Of a stretch of DNA of 64,000 nt, positions 1-14,300 are shown one piece after another. The stretch comes from Eledone cirrhosa (Eukaryota), in contig OZ024742.1 of assembly GCA_964016885.1 (NCBI GenBank), forward strand, positions 133,858,001 through 133,922,000. Reading direction: 5' to 3'. Both the position numbers and the translations under genes were made by a program. Within the stretch, counting starts at the first letter, position 1, and the number at the start of each line of letters is the position of its first letter. A model generated the notes under the pieces. That model did not search any database. It was not told where the DNA came from and saw nothing but the letters and a program-made list of their open reading frames with translations.

Positions 1-73
1 CTAAGAACATCAGCTTCAACATAGAAGTAAACGAAAACAACGTAGCCACTCGACTACTGTGATGCAATTCATT

Positions 74-261
74 GGTGTATTGGCAGTATCGGTAGATGGT
101 CGGACGCCATGCTTTCCAGCATAGTTACGTCCTTTTCCATTCTGTGTTCAAATCCCGCCGAGGTTAACTTTGTCTTTCATCCTTACGGGGTCGATAAAAC
201 AAAGTACCAGTAATACAATGGGTAATTGATGGCCTTGTGCCAAAAGTAGATACAATTATTT
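74..261 (+). mobile_element. tRNA-derived SINE with Meta/MESC-like core
   Basis: A-box-like TTGGCAGTATCGG and B-box-like GTTCAAATCCC, then core CTTTCATCCTTACGGGGTCGATAAAA...GTACCAG and tail GGCCTTGTGCCAAAAGTAG. About 9 copies occur in the window. Confidence 0.85.
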
Positions 262-1324
262 CTAATTCATATTTTTGGCACATAAATGGATAAGTTGTTA
301 ACTAGCTATAGTTAGTAATTGAAATTCGATACTCAGACAATTATGTTCAAACTCAATAGTTTAGCTCTTAGACACACATTCTCGTGTGCAAGCACGCACC
401 CGGAATCTGTCCGCTTCATAAGCATTGAGAAAAGCGGAAATTTGAAATTGTGCCTCCTCAATTCAACCGCTTTGCTTACAATTCTAGCTACAGGCTTACC
501 GATTCTAAAAATGCTGCCCAGTGGCTTTTTCGCGTACCTTTGACCTCGTTCGCCCTGTATCAGAGTTATGCGGTGTTCGAATTTCCTCACGCACCCCTGT
601 CCACATTTTCCGTAATCAGGGGATCTTTTAATCCCATTTTATAATGGTCCATTGATATTCATGGTTGTTTGCATTAGGAACCGTACACTTCTGATTTTGA
701 CAATGTGTCCTTGGTCAATGACGTGATTTAAATTTCTATTGAAATGTAATATTATATAATATGGGTTTATTTTCTCGTTTGTACACTGCTCAATAAATCA
801 ATGGAGGTAAATCATCAATAATATTTTGTAGTCCTGGTATTTTTCAGCCTGAGACCCGCTATTTTAAGATAATGTCTTACCTCGCACTCTAGTCGGACAA
901 AAATTGCATTTTTACCCCTGAGTAAAATGTGATTTTAGATGGCTCTAATGAATGTTCTGAATTAAATAGTCATAGCTATCTAGAGAAATTGTTATAAAAA
1001 GCTGATGTTCTATTTACTGTGTTAATTTAGCTGTTGTTCATCATAGTGTTATTTAGCTTTTTCTTTCGCCGCCTGATTGTTTTTGTAGTTCCTACGTTCC
1101 GTTAATTGAATTAGTGTTGTAAGCGATATTGCTATTAATAATACATCTTTTTATCAACATCATCAGCACCGGGAACAGAGGCGGTGACAGTGGCGCCATC
1201 ATCGTTGTCATTATCATGCTCATCGTAGTCATAGTCAATGCTCTGCTCATTATAATCTTAATAGTTCTCGTTATTATCCTCCTTCATGTTATTGTCATTG
1301 TTGCCACAAATGAGGTTGGTGGAA

Positions 1325-1430
1325 ATGATGATGATGATGACGATGTTGATGATGATGATGATGATGATTATGATGATGATGAGGATGATGATGATGGTGA
1401 TGATAATGATGATGATGATGATGATAATGA
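1325..1430. repeat. (GAT)n trinucleotide microsatellite
   Basis: Directly visible; it produces the poly-D and poly-M pseudo-ORFs. Confidence 0.95.
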
Positions 1431-1851
1431 TAGAAGTGCTGGTGGTGGTGGCGATCGTGTGGATATCGATGGTGTTGAAGTTGGCGGAGGTGATATTCGT
1501 GTTAGTGGTGGTGTTGTTGGCGATGATATTATTGTTGTTGAAGTTGTTTAAGTCTCGCTACAGATGAAACGGAAGTCAATCATTTTAACAGCTATAATTC
1601 AATATTTCAACAGACTCTCAATTACAACTAGTGTTGTTCTTAACTTTGATGTTTTTCTTTGATGTACCAACACACATACATCCATCGATGTATCTATACA
1701 CAAAATATTCGTACACATGTACATTCATATTGTTTGTATGATACATCCGCACACAAATACATATTCACAACTCTCACACACACCCACGCATAGAACACAG
1801 GCGCCCATATATATATATACACATATATATATATACATACATATATATATA

Positions 1852-1937
<86 letters not shown>

Positions 1938-4551
1938 TATGTGTGTGTGTGTGTGTATGTGTGTGTGTGTGCGTGTGTGTGTGTACACCATTTCCACTGC
2001 CTCGGTAGCCAGAGTCACCGTTCATGCCGCCATATATATTCATTACTGTAGCTTTACCGAACAATAAACACTTTTCTTCCTAATTGGACGTAATCAGACA
2101 TACAATGGAAACTACTAAACAACTGACCGATCTATGGACTTTATTATTCTTGCTGCTGTCGTTATGTTTTCGGTTGTTATTGTTGCTGGTGTTGGAGTTG
2201 TTGTTTAGCCACAGGTCTTCTCTCGTCGAGCGAGGTTCTTATCAAGTATTCTATCTATAACCATTGCGTCCTTTCACGGGCATCACACTCCGCGAGTTAT
2301 ATTACTAAATTTCTATATGCCAGGAGCCGAGGAGGGGTGCAGTTTCAGGGAGAATACAGGATATGTTCAGCAGATAGAGTTATCATGTATTCGTTTGTTT
2401 TTATTTTCGATGCAGCTGATAATAATGTTGTTGAGTAGCCCCATATCAGTATTCACTGAGGCTATATGGATTTATCCCTGTTTGCCATGTCCATGTGCAT
2501 CATTTTATATGTAATACTTGTCATGCCCATGTGCATCAGTTTATATTTACTACTATAAACGTAATGGAAACTTAATTAGCTGAAGCGTTTGAGTGCAGTG
2601 TATGAAGTTCGGATGCTACTACAATAAGAACGAGTGTATGAGTGTCCAAATGAGTTAAAACCAATCTAACCGATTTAGATTCAAATAGATTGCAGCTGTG
2701 GACACAGCATTTTAGTTTACAGGTACATATGTAATACAAACTACATGTTTATATGTAACTTTTTAACAGAAGAAAGATGAAAAGAATATTGTCTATTATA
2801 TCTAACAATGGACCTGATAATAACTTTCCTAAGCGATGTTATGTTACTAACCGCATTTCTGAATCGTCATGTGTAAGAAATGTCCATGTTTGAGTCTATT
2901 TTTTAAGAGGGCTGTTTATTTTAACTGGGATTAAATGACATATTTGCTGTGAAACATGTAGGTAATTCTGTAAATGTAGTGATGGTTCTACAGTTGTTAT
3001 TTAAGCCTAGGTCAGTCATGATTTTTACACTTATAATCACAGCTCTTCTAATCAACCGTGATAACGCTTCTTTCTGTAAATTAAAAACACAATTTTCTAA
3101 TGTGTTGTTAACATATATCACAATAGGATGTTATTTGAAGCGCTATTTGGTTACAATTTCCTGTAGGTCCAACAAACATCTATAGACTTTCCGGCGAGAG
3201 TATATTAATGGCGACATAAGATTTGCTGTTTTTTTAGATCCCAGGTATTTTTGAGGGATCAGAATCGTGATCAAGATTATGCTTGTTACAACAATCCTAT
3301 AGTTTTTTTCAAACATTATCTATGTAGACAGAATGCGTTTAATTTCAAGTGGAAGGGTGTAATTTGAGGTGGACTTCGCTACATTTTTGAGTAGATGTTT
3401 GATATTTTGAGGTGTAGGTTAATTGTTTCTAATTACAAAATGTTATATTAGTGACTAATATAACATGTTGTAATATTGTGTGGGTGAGTTTGGACATGGT
3501 GGTGGTCAACTATCATAATGAAAACGACACTGTTTTTATGGTTCAATCTGAAAGGTGCACAGATTCCACGGATGTATGATCAAAGCATTACAGACATGAT
3601 AAGCTTTTATGACCATATACTAAATTAACCCTATTGTTAATTCCTTTCTATGTGTAACTCTTAGAGGGATGTTTTAAATGTTCTTTCAAATGTGTCGAGT
3701 AACGCTATAGAGCTTCCCTTTTGGTAGAGAAATGAAATGATACTGGTGCTAATTTTTTGTTCAATTAATTATTGTTTGTCTCGTTCAGATGATATAGTGA
3801 CTGTTTACAATTTGATGATAATTTCTTGGTAATGAAGTTATAGTTATAGTAATGATATGTCTGCCAGTTATTTAGTGATGGTAATTGATGCTCATGTTGT
3901 TCTTATTCATATTATTTTTTTTTTATTTTAGTTCCATACCACCACTAATTGAGGAGAACGTTTATAACCCTTCCAGTTATGATCATTCTGCCAATTTTAT
4001 GTCAATATATAATTACAAAGTCTTGTCTGGTGATGCTGCAATTGCTGCTGAACTTGTTGTTGTCGTTTAGCCCCTGATCATACTTGACTGACCATATATA
4101 TGGTGGAAGACATTTCTTTTATGACAAGCCCACCTTTTCTTATGCACCACACGAAACGTGTATCGTCGTTATCCATCGAGACCTGTGTACATGTGTTATT
4201 TAGAATAGTTTAGGTTGTTATTTTCTTGGAAGATTGAATAACAGAATATAGGCTACTTATTCCTCTCATTGATTTTTTAAAGTCGCATTTGGCAATTATT
4301 TCCAACATTGTGATCCAAAACATAGAGGCTAAATTCTTTATCCTAATAGTGGTACCAACAACATGTATATGAACTAATGCTGGAAATATTGGCTCTCATT
4401 GACAGTATGGTTGATCGAAAACATTGGCAATCAATGGTTGCTTTTAAAATCTATTTAGAAATATTCATCTTTGGGTCGTATTCGAAGCACATGCGATAAA
4501 GGAACTAAAGAATTGAAATCTGAAGTATCGAAAGTTTTAACATGTTTAAAT

Positions 4552-4741
4552 TAATTGTGTCTACTTCAGACACAAGGCCAGTAATTATCCCAGTGCATTA
4601 CTGGTACTTTATTTTATAGACCCCGTAAGGTTGAAAGGCAAAGTTAACCTTGGCGAGATTTGAACTCAGATCATAAAGGGACGTAACTATGCTGGCAAGC
4701 ATGGCGTCCGACCCTCTACCGATACTGCCAATCCACCGCCA
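4552..4741 (-). mobile_element. Full-length Meta-core SINE with 19-bp TSD
   Basis: Reverse complement of the SINE at 74-261. TTAACATGTTTAAATTAAT is repeated at 4537-4555 and 4742-4760. Confidence 0.9.
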
Positions 4742-5415
4742 TTAACATGTTTAAATTAATGCGTATGGAATATATGCACACTTATTCAATTGCTTATTTT
4801 AAACCGAATATTTATTAAGATTTACGCAAATCATTCATTTGAAACACGGAAATGCAGTATTCATAACCAAAGATAATACGGCAAATATGAACCAAATATC
4901 CCTGCAAAAATATACGCAACGAATTGTTTGATGAATTCTGCTTCCTTCTAAAACGAATATGAACACAAAGTGACTCGCGTTATATTTCTGGTTCTATAAA
5001 ATAGGCTGATCGCTATGACAACAATATACTATCCCGTACTATTGTCAAAACGGCCAGTATATAAGATGCTATGCTGAACTTTAGAAGGATGATCAATAAT
5101 ATAATTAACATCATATTCGTAATGACAACCATCAACATAATTTCAGGATAGTGCCCATCATGCTTATACATCTCCACGATGGCCTGCCGAATACTTAGGT
5201 ATGCTTTTTTTTCTACTTTTTCCACGTTCCTTCCTCTTATCACTATTTGCTTGCTATTTATTTTCTATTTCTAACTCTATCTTCTGATGAAAGGCTAGTT
5301 TCTGAAAATGTATGACCATCTTCCTGTTATTTCAAGCGTTCAACTTTGTTTCTGCCATGTAATGTGTCGTTTGTTTTGTTATGTTTATTATTTATTTAAT
5401 TTATACTTATGTATG

Positions 5416-5477
<62 letters not shown>

Positions 5478-5479
<2 letters not shown>

Positions 5480-5610
5480 GTAGAACAATGCAAGATAATA
5501 TCCGTAGCGGTAGAGCACTCAGTCCATGGGACGCGTTAGGTAGAAGTGGTTACACAACAGTTAGTTCACCACATAGAGAACAATTGTTTCACCTTAGCGA
5601 TCCTCAGCGA
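5478..5610 (-). mobile_element. PLE pseudo-LTR 3' fragment with minimal HHR, abutting (TA)n
   Basis: Homologous to 13189-13322 and 27351-27512. Minus strand reads CTGAGGA-tcgctaaggt-GAAA-CAATTG-TT. Confidence 0.7.
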
Positions 5611-5614
5611 ATTA

Positions 5615-6055
5615 TTAATAAATGAAAAATATTCTCATAACAAAAATATATATTTTATTAAACATATTTCAAAGGTACAATGGTGTTTCAGTACATTTTC
5701 ATCAGATAAAATATATGAGAGATTGGATATACGGCATACCGCTCAGGTTTTGAATATTCTATTTCTGTATATTAAATAACACTACAGGAATTGAATATTC
5801 AAAACCTTACCGGTATATCGCATATCCAATCTCTCAAATATTTTATCTGATGAGAACATTCTGAAACACCATTGTCCCTTTGAAATATGTATAATAAAAT
5901 ATATATTTTAGTTATGAGAATATTTTTCCTTTATTAATATTTTGAATAATATTATGAATACTCCAGAAAAAATTCTTGTCGAGTGCTTCTAACATATTGT
6001 AAAATTGAATTCGTTGAAAATAATCAACGAACCATATAAACTCTTGGTTTTATTT
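5615..6055 (+). mobile_element. Foldback pseudo-LTR fragment with HHR at 5840-5900
   Basis: 5615-5790 is an inverted copy of about 5790-5940. Stem I ATTTTAT/ATAAAAT, CTGATGA, GAAA, stem III TATGTA. A relative lies at about 45010-45205 (minus). Confidence 0.6.
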
Positions 6056-6069
6056 ATATATATATATAT

Positions 6070-9000
6070 ATAAAAATTTATTAAAATAACAGACTAAATG
6101 TTAAGCAAAGAATGGCTTCTTTCACCCTTAACGGGATCTTCTGAAACTAAAAAAATCAATCTGTCAACGCAGAAGTAAATATTTCGAAAACGTTGCAACC
6201 GAAGGAAGACAGGAAGACAATACTTTGGTTCGTGGAAACGTTGCCTGGCAAAGAACGGGAAAAAACGAAGATAATACGTCATTATTTGGAGGGCTGAAAA
6301 CAATTACACGCAAAGACCAAACCATGTTTATGGTATAAATGAAGTCGTAGACTAATATTCTATTAGGTGGTTCGTGGAGACATTCTCTTGCAATGAACCG
6401 AAAAAAACTAAGATAATACGTTATTATGTTGAGCGTGGAGAACAATTACACGCAAAGACAAAACCACGTTTATGGTATAACGGAAGTCGTAGACTAAAAT
6501 TCTATTTAGGAAACCGAATGATTCTCGGCTTCAGAGGTAAGAATATTGTAAATAAATTACAGAGGTAATTGAAATTAACAAAAATTAAATATATACACGC
6601 ACGCATCCATATACGTGCATACATATGCATACGCGAAAACACCGGCCATGGGTATGCAAATACAAGCACGTACACAAAAAAACACAATAAAACACGCACG
6701 CACGTACAGAACCCACGCTACGCCTGTACCCGCACACATACGAACGTATACACCAAATACACATATACATATATATTAGAATATTTATATATATATATAT
6801 GTGTGTGGGTGTGCGTGTATACATATAATTATATAAACGTATATAAATATACACACATAAATACGTATATAACGCGTGCACACACATACCTACATGTAAA
6901 TACACATATGTTCGCTAAACGAACGTCAACTAAAACACAAAGTACATATATACACACCCTACATACGTACGAACCCGCATACTCACACAGACGCAAAACT
7001 CACGTATACACATAACCATATGCACATATACCAGTATATATAATATAATATATACGCCTATAACATATACAAACAAATATACGTACGAAAAAGTATACGT
7101 ACCTTCACAAAACATACAGGTAATATATACTTACCTATACAAATAAGTAATGGTATGAACATAACATATACTTAGCTACCACATCAATACGTAAAATATC
7201 CGCGTATAGTTTGTACTACCCGTTAGGGTATACTGTGGGGCTGTAATACCGGAAAGAATTGTGCAATTTATGTTTACAAGCCGATTTTGCCTCAGAAATT
7301 TTGTTTAAGATATGGTCTTTGGCGTAGAGTATTTCCATGGATTCAGCGGTCTTTTATTTCGGTTATACGATCTAGGCCTAGCTAGGATCTCCCAGTGTAA
7401 CTTAGATTGAATGTGGTTGTCTTTTGGACTCCAGATAAAAGCTGAATGTGACTTCATATTCCTTCTTAAGGAGTTAAGAAAAGAATGGCTATGCATGTAA
7501 AGGCGCTGCTTGAATCTATTGAGGTAGACGTAGTAAAAGGAATTTAGATAGAATTATACCTGAAATTAGAAGTTTGGCTCCTCTTGAATTCTGGAACTAT
7601 TCTTTCGCGGTGATTGATTGGTTCAACCGCATATGCAACAAGGAACATTGCCGTTTTATCCAATTCGACATTAATAATTACTACTCCTCCATTGCATTAC
7701 CTCTTCTTCTTAAAGCAATCAATTTCGCTAAAACACACACAGTGGTCAAGGTTTTCGAAGTTGATGTCATCCTAAATGCCCGTAAGTCGGTGATTAATTT
7801 CGACGACTCTATTTGTATAAAAAAATCTAATAGTAACCCATTCGATGTGAGTATGGGCGGCAGCGATTCTGCGGAGGTTACTGATCTTATCGGCCTTTTC
7901 ATTCTTTTCTCTATCAAGGTAGAATTCCCCAACGTGGGTGGTGGTTTGAACGGCGATGACGATCTTTTGACCATGACAAAGTGCGGCCTACGTGCTTCCG
8001 ACAGGTTCAGAAAAGAACTCACAGCCTTCTTTAAATGATTCAACCACTCCATACAGGTTGAAGCCAACCTCTCGGTCGTTAATTACTTCGACGTTACCCT
8101 CAATTTGTCGAATGGCTTGCCCTACCCCTATAGAAAGCCGAATGATACGCTTAATTACATAAGTAAGCATTCTAACCATCCTGCCAGCATAACAAGAACC
8201 TGGTATGAAACGTTTCTTTGAGGCTTTCCAGTCTATCTAAAAACGAGCATAATTTCACCGACCATTACACATATTACAACGAAGCTCTTGCTCTGAGTGG
8301 ATTTGTCGATAATGTAGCATATACAGAGTATGAGAATAGACCTAGGAAAAATAGATCCCGACGCATTATATGGTATAACCCACCTTATAATATGGAGGTG
8401 GACACACCATTAGCTAAGATCTTTCGCTCCCTTATTATGAATCATTTCCCCCCAGCACATAAATATAGTAAAGCTATTAATAGAAATACAATTAAAATGT
8501 CTTACTCTACGACTCCTAACCTTGCACATAACATCACAGCTTCAAATTTGGCCACATTACCTAACCGTAGGAACACGTGCAACCCTGTAGCTAGTACTAA
8601 CTGTAATTGTAGGAAGCGGGTTGACTGCATCTATCCGTGAAATGTCTCTATAGCAACATTGTCTACAAATTTAAGGTTGAAACACCTACATAGGGCCTAC
8701 ATAAGGTTAACCGCCAATAGATTCAAGCAGCGTCTTTACATGCATACCCATTACTTTCTTAACCCCTTAAGAAAATATGACGTTACTTTCAGCTTATATC
8801 TGGAGTCGAAACGACGACCACACCCCATATAAGTTACACTGGGAGATCCTGGTTATGCCTAGATCGTATAACCGAAATAAAAGACCGCTGAAGCCCTAGA
8901 AATACTCTAGGCCAAAGACCATATCTTAAACAAAAAATCTGAGGCAATTTCGGCTTGTAAACATAAATTGCACAAAACTTTCCTGTATTACAGCCCCACA

Positions 9001-9335
9001 TAATACCCTAACGGATAGTACGAACTATACGCGGATATTTTACGTCTTGATGTGGTAGCTAAGTATATGTTATGTTCATACCATTACTTATTTGTATAGG
9101 TAAGTATATATTACCTGTATGTTTTGTAAAGGTACGTAAAATCCTTCGTACGTATATTTGTTTGTATAAGATATATGCGTATATATTATATTATATATAC
9201 TGCTACATGTGCATATGGTTATGTGTATACGTGAGTTTTGCGTCATGTACGTATGTGTGTGCACGCGTAAAAAACGTATTTATGTGTGTATATGTATATA
9301 CGTTTATATAAGTATATGTATACACTCACACGCAC

Positions 9336-9366
<31 letters not shown>

Positions 9367-9990
9367 ATATGTGTGTGTGTATTTGGTGTATACGTTCGTA
9401 TGTGTGCCGGTAGAGGCGTTGCGTGTGTTCTGTACGAGCGTGCGTGTTTATTTATTTATTTGTCTTTGTGTACGTATTTGCATTTGCATACCATGGCGGG
9501 TGTTTTCGCGTATGCATGTGAATGTACGTATATGGATGCGCGCATCTCTATATTTAAATTTCAATTACCTCTGTTATTTATTTACATTATTCTTAACTCT
9601 GAAGCCGAGAATCATTCGGTTTCCTAAACAGAATATTAGTCTACGACTTCATTTATACCATAAACATGGTTTGGTCTTTGCGTGTAATTGTTTTCAGCCC
9701 TCCAAATAATGACGTATTATCTTCGTTTTTTTTTCGTTCTTTGCCAGGGAATGTTTCCACAAACCCAAGTATTGTCTGCCTGTCTTCCTTCGGTTGCAAC
9801 ATTTTCGAAATACTTTCCTTCTGCGTTGACAGATTGAATTTTTTAGTTTCAGAAGATCCCGTTAAGGGTGAAAGAAGCCATTCCTTGCTTAACATTTAAT
9901 CTGTTATATTAATAAATATTTGCTCTACTGTTCTTATATATTTGCTGTATATTTATCCTTATCGAGCCCTCTATTGATTTTAGTCTTCAA
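6070..9990 (+). mobile_element. Decayed PLE family 2, 5'-truncated, with a long inverted 5' arm
   Basis: 7522-9015 is an RT/GIY-YIG pseudogene. 6070-7521 is an inverted copy of about 8714-9918, with the junction at 7521/7522. Both ends abut (TA)n. Confidence 0.9.
7522..9015 (+). pseudogene. PLE RT-GIY-YIG pseudogene (family 2)
   Basis: FIQFDINNYY, FDVSMGGSDS, degenerate LNGDD (from LYRDD), WYNPPY and CNCRKRVDC motifs, with several stops and frameshifts. Confidence 0.9.
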
Positions 9991-10005
9991 ATTAATTGTT
10001 ATTAC

Positions 10006-10060
<55 letters not shown>

Positions 10061-10322
10061 ATATATAATTGGAGGCTTAGTAAAATCGAATCTTTGGCGA
10101 TATACATGTATATATGAAAAGTGTCAGTACCCTGACGGTTGAGTTTCGGCCGTTTCTGATCTAGCTGACGAAAGGACGGGAGCCCAGCCGCCGCCGGGGT
10201 CCTGACTCTTTTCCTATTACCCACTCTACCACCCTAAGTATCGAGTGTACTGGTGCGTTATGGTCGACCTGGTATCTTACCACACCTTCTTTCTTTTATA
10301 TATATATGTAAATATATATATA

Positions 10323-10390
<68 letters not shown>

Positions 10391-10403
10391 TTTTAATATA
10401 GAT

Positions 10404-10456
10404 GAGATTCTACAGGACTAGAAGTGTTTCATTCTTTAGAAATCATCAGGAATCTC
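10404..10456 (-). ncRNA. Type I hammerhead ribozyme, canonical core
   Basis: gagattc-CTGATGA-tttctaaagaat-GAAA-c...g-TA-gaatctc, with a 7-bp stem I. It lies in a short insert between two (TA)n tracts. Stem III is weak. Confidence 0.7.
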
Positions 10457-10523
10457 TTTTATACTCTGCAATGTATTGAGTACCTCACTTACTCTGGTTA
10501 TCTCCGACTCAACCCGGAATAAC

Positions 10524-10612
<89 letters not shown>

Positions 10613-11407
10613 TACATGTATATATATATATGATACTTTACTCCGATCTAGGCTTTGGTTATTCTCTGTTCTATTTAAGATATTTATGTATTTATATGTT
10701 TAACCTACTTTAAATTAGATTCAAATCAGTCTTATTTGTTGAGATGAGTAATTTTAAAGTATATATATTCGGTTTTAAAACATAAGCGGCATTAAGCATC
10801 TTGATTTTCGGAATCAATTATCTAATCCACTCTCATCATCATAAATTCTAATTGCAGTGGCTTAGTGATGGATTCCGTGACGTAATATATGTAATATATG
10901 GCGTAATTGAGCGGCATGCCATCTACCACAGTTATGTGGTATGGATGATATCGTATCAGAGTCGGTTGATGAAAGTATTTCTAATGATGAGATAACTGAC
11001 AATAACGACATTTTGATAAGTAGCTACTAATTGGTCAATGCCAGTGGAAAAAGTAAAAGGAATGTAGGTGACTAAAAACATTAATTGCAGGTGTGTAAAC
11101 ATAGAAGTACCTAAATAAAGTAAATAACGAAATAAATATTGTTAACATGCAGAAGAGCAGGACAGAAAAGTAGAATGATTGTGTAATCACAAGGTTTGAA
11201 ATAAAGTAGTAAATTGCTGAAATTGAATAAATTGATAACCAATGAATATGTTTGATATTAACTTGTTTTTATGTTAATTACACGACGGGTAGAAGTATAT
11301 ATTTTGTATGTGCGTATCTATGATTCGAAAATGGTAGAACGGAAATATTCAACAAAGGTTCGAGTTCCATCATATAGAATGATAATTATATACATATGAA
11401 TCACACA

Positions 11408-11457
<50 letters not shown>

Positions 11458-12787
11458 CATATATATATATTTATATATACGTAAATAACACCGCCTTTTC
11501 CAAATATTTCCACAAAGCACTACATACTCCAAATTCGGCATTCCCAAACACGGCCTAAAACACCCATCACATACGAAAGATGGTCGTTATCAAACTGCAG
11601 ATGTCGTATTATGTGGATGCTATATAATAAAGATATATTTATGTATGTAGCATTGCAATTTTCAATTACACAATGAAACTCAGAAGTGAAGTGATATGTA
11701 TCAGCATATGATTTATGTAATTTAAAATATGCATTAAAATATAAAATATATATGTTTAGGAATCCTGACTGAATATTACAGTTAAACATCAATTCACAAC
11801 ATCGTATGCCATATTAAATGTAGTAAGCCCTCGTTTCTATGAAATTTATGCTTTACGCAACTAAGGACGTTGGCATGAAATAGTATTAGTTTTATCAAGT
11901 TACCAAACTTTGTGATGTGATTTCAATTATTGGTTATAATAATTGGATATCGTTCCATTAAACAACTGAACTGATTGAAAAGGCAATAGTTACACGAAAA
12001 TTAGTATTTCTTTTTTACTATATATTTGTGGATTCTCCTGATGATAATTCATGCAATACAGCTTTTAAATTACACAATTAGATCGATTCATTGATGTATT
12101 TCGAAAAGGATTACAGATATTTTGAGTGAATTTTATATCCATAGGTATTTGACGGACGAAGGGAAACATTATTCAGTACAGAGTTTAAATATTCATAATT
12201 GCTAAATAATGAGTCGTGTTACTCTAGTGTTTACCCTGCTTGCCCACAAACAAATACGTGATGATACTGTGAATGAGCAGCTGAAACTCCTAAATATCAA
12301 TTCTCACCATTCAGCCATAACAAATAGAGGCTGGTTTGCATAGACTTAGGCGAATTCATATAAAAATGCTATAGAAATGAGTTGCGACGTCACTGTTGCC
12401 AAGCTGTATCGGCCTTAGCCTTTGAATTAGACAACATCGGTGATGTGGAGAGGGGAGGCTGGTATGCAATTGGCGAGAAATAAAATTCTAATCTTATTTA
12501 TTTATATATATATACGACTGCAAGGATTTCAGTAATTTGCCCGCTATATACCCACTCAGTAATTTTTTAAAAGCTATTTCGACACTATTTAATTTTATTT
12601 CGAGTTTATAACTCAATATCTGATATTTATGGCTCCATGCGTTGAACTAATTTTTTAGTCCCATAAAAGCGACTGCTATTTTTAGCTGCACGGATATGAG
12701 ACGAGTTAGGCTCTGACACACGTGCGTTCAACAACATATGATTCTCAGTCTTCTTAAGTATTTTGAAGTGGAAGGTACCAATTTCTG

Positions 12788-12864
12788 GATACCTGCAGAA
12801 GAGCACAGGAATAGTAACTTTCACTTAATTGTTGCGAAACAAATTTGAAATTTGTCCAGGTATC
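12788..12864 (+). ncRNA. Type I hammerhead ribozyme, U4A core variant
   Basis: Stem I GATACCTG/CAGGTATC (8 bp); CAGAAGA; stem II GCACA...TGTTGC; GAAA; stem III CAAATT/AATTTG; GTC cleavage triplet (after 12856). Confidence 0.75.
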
Positions 12865-13107
12865 ACGGCCATTGCCAATATAGGTTTGTTATTTTTATTG
12901 ATTTATTATTTTAAATCGAGACTTGCAAACCATATTATGTTAAATTATTATTCTTTCAACCTAGCTAACCCGGTCATTTGCAATCTGAACACTTCTATAA
13001 TTGTAGAGATGTTCATCCCTCATATAATCATTTGTATTACACGGCACAGAAACATTCCCTTCTTTGAGTTATTTAATTGTAAAATACTATTTGGAGTTTA
13101 TAACTCA

Positions 13108-13188
<81 letters not shown>

Positions 13189-13192
<4 letters not shown>

Positions 13193-13322
13193 GTGGAACA
13201 CTGGAGGGTAATATCCGTAGTGGTAGAGCACTCAGTTCATAGGGCGAATTAGATAGAAGTGGTTACTCAACAGTTAGATCGCCATACCGAGAACAATTAT
13301 TTCACCTTGGCGGATTCTCAGC
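13189..13322 (-). mobile_element. PLE pseudo-LTR fragment with degenerate HHR
   Basis: Homologous to 5478-5610 and flanked by (TA)n. Core reads CTGAGAA...GAAATAATTGTT. Confidence 0.65.
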
Positions 13323-13911
13323 TATATATATAGGGGGAGGGGAGAGAGAGCGAGAGCGAGAGAGATAAAGTTATTAATGAAAATAAAAAGAAAAGTTAGG
13401 TATTTATTAGTAACACAGTAATGAAAATAAAATAGAATATGCATAACAAGATACGAACACAGTCTGCAAAAACATAAATATGCTTGCGTACATGATGTCG
13501 GAATAATTTCAGGTCGAGTAATTTCTGTAGTCGCGGAGTGAGAGCAAAGTAAGTAAATATTTATGTATTCTATGTAAATTAAAGAGTGATAAGATACGGT
13601 AAAATAAGTAGCTTATTTGATTGATACGTAGGATGTTGATGCATCAACGATATTATAGATAATGCTCAAGGGACCGCTGTTCTAAAAAAATTAAGATGCA
13701 CGTCCAATGAATCATGATAATAAACAGAGAATAGCAGATTGATTAATCGTCGCTTGGTTTAGTTAATATTACTTAATACTTAACTCTACTTAACATGCAT
13801 CCATTAACATATATAAATATAAATAGCCAACTACACAACGAAATTGATGATAAATGCGTGAAAAATATGATTGTTTTAGTGCGTTAACTAATCCTGTTGC
13901 TGCTGCTATTG

Positions 13912-13963
<52 letters not shown>
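13912..13963. repeat. (CTA)n microsatellite
   Basis: Directly visible. Confidence 0.95.
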
Positions 13964-13964
<1 letters not shown>

Positions 13965-14125
13965 GTCACTTCTGCTCCTGTTACAAGGTGTGTTGTTATT
14001 GATAATAACTAGCAGCGAATATTTATTACTAAATAATCTAATAGACCGTTAATAGAAATTAATAGACCATTAAGAGATAAGCAAGTGAAATGCATGGGAA
14101 TCTTGAACATATATATATATATATA

Positions 14126-14211
<86 letters not shown>

Positions 14212-14249
14212 CATATATATATATAAATATTAATATATAAATATGTATG

Positions 14250-14300
<51 letters not shown>

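Noticed and set aside
1129-1567. Poly-Asp and poly-Met ORFs
   Set aside because: They are translations of the (GAT)n microsatellite and degenerate triplet repeats.
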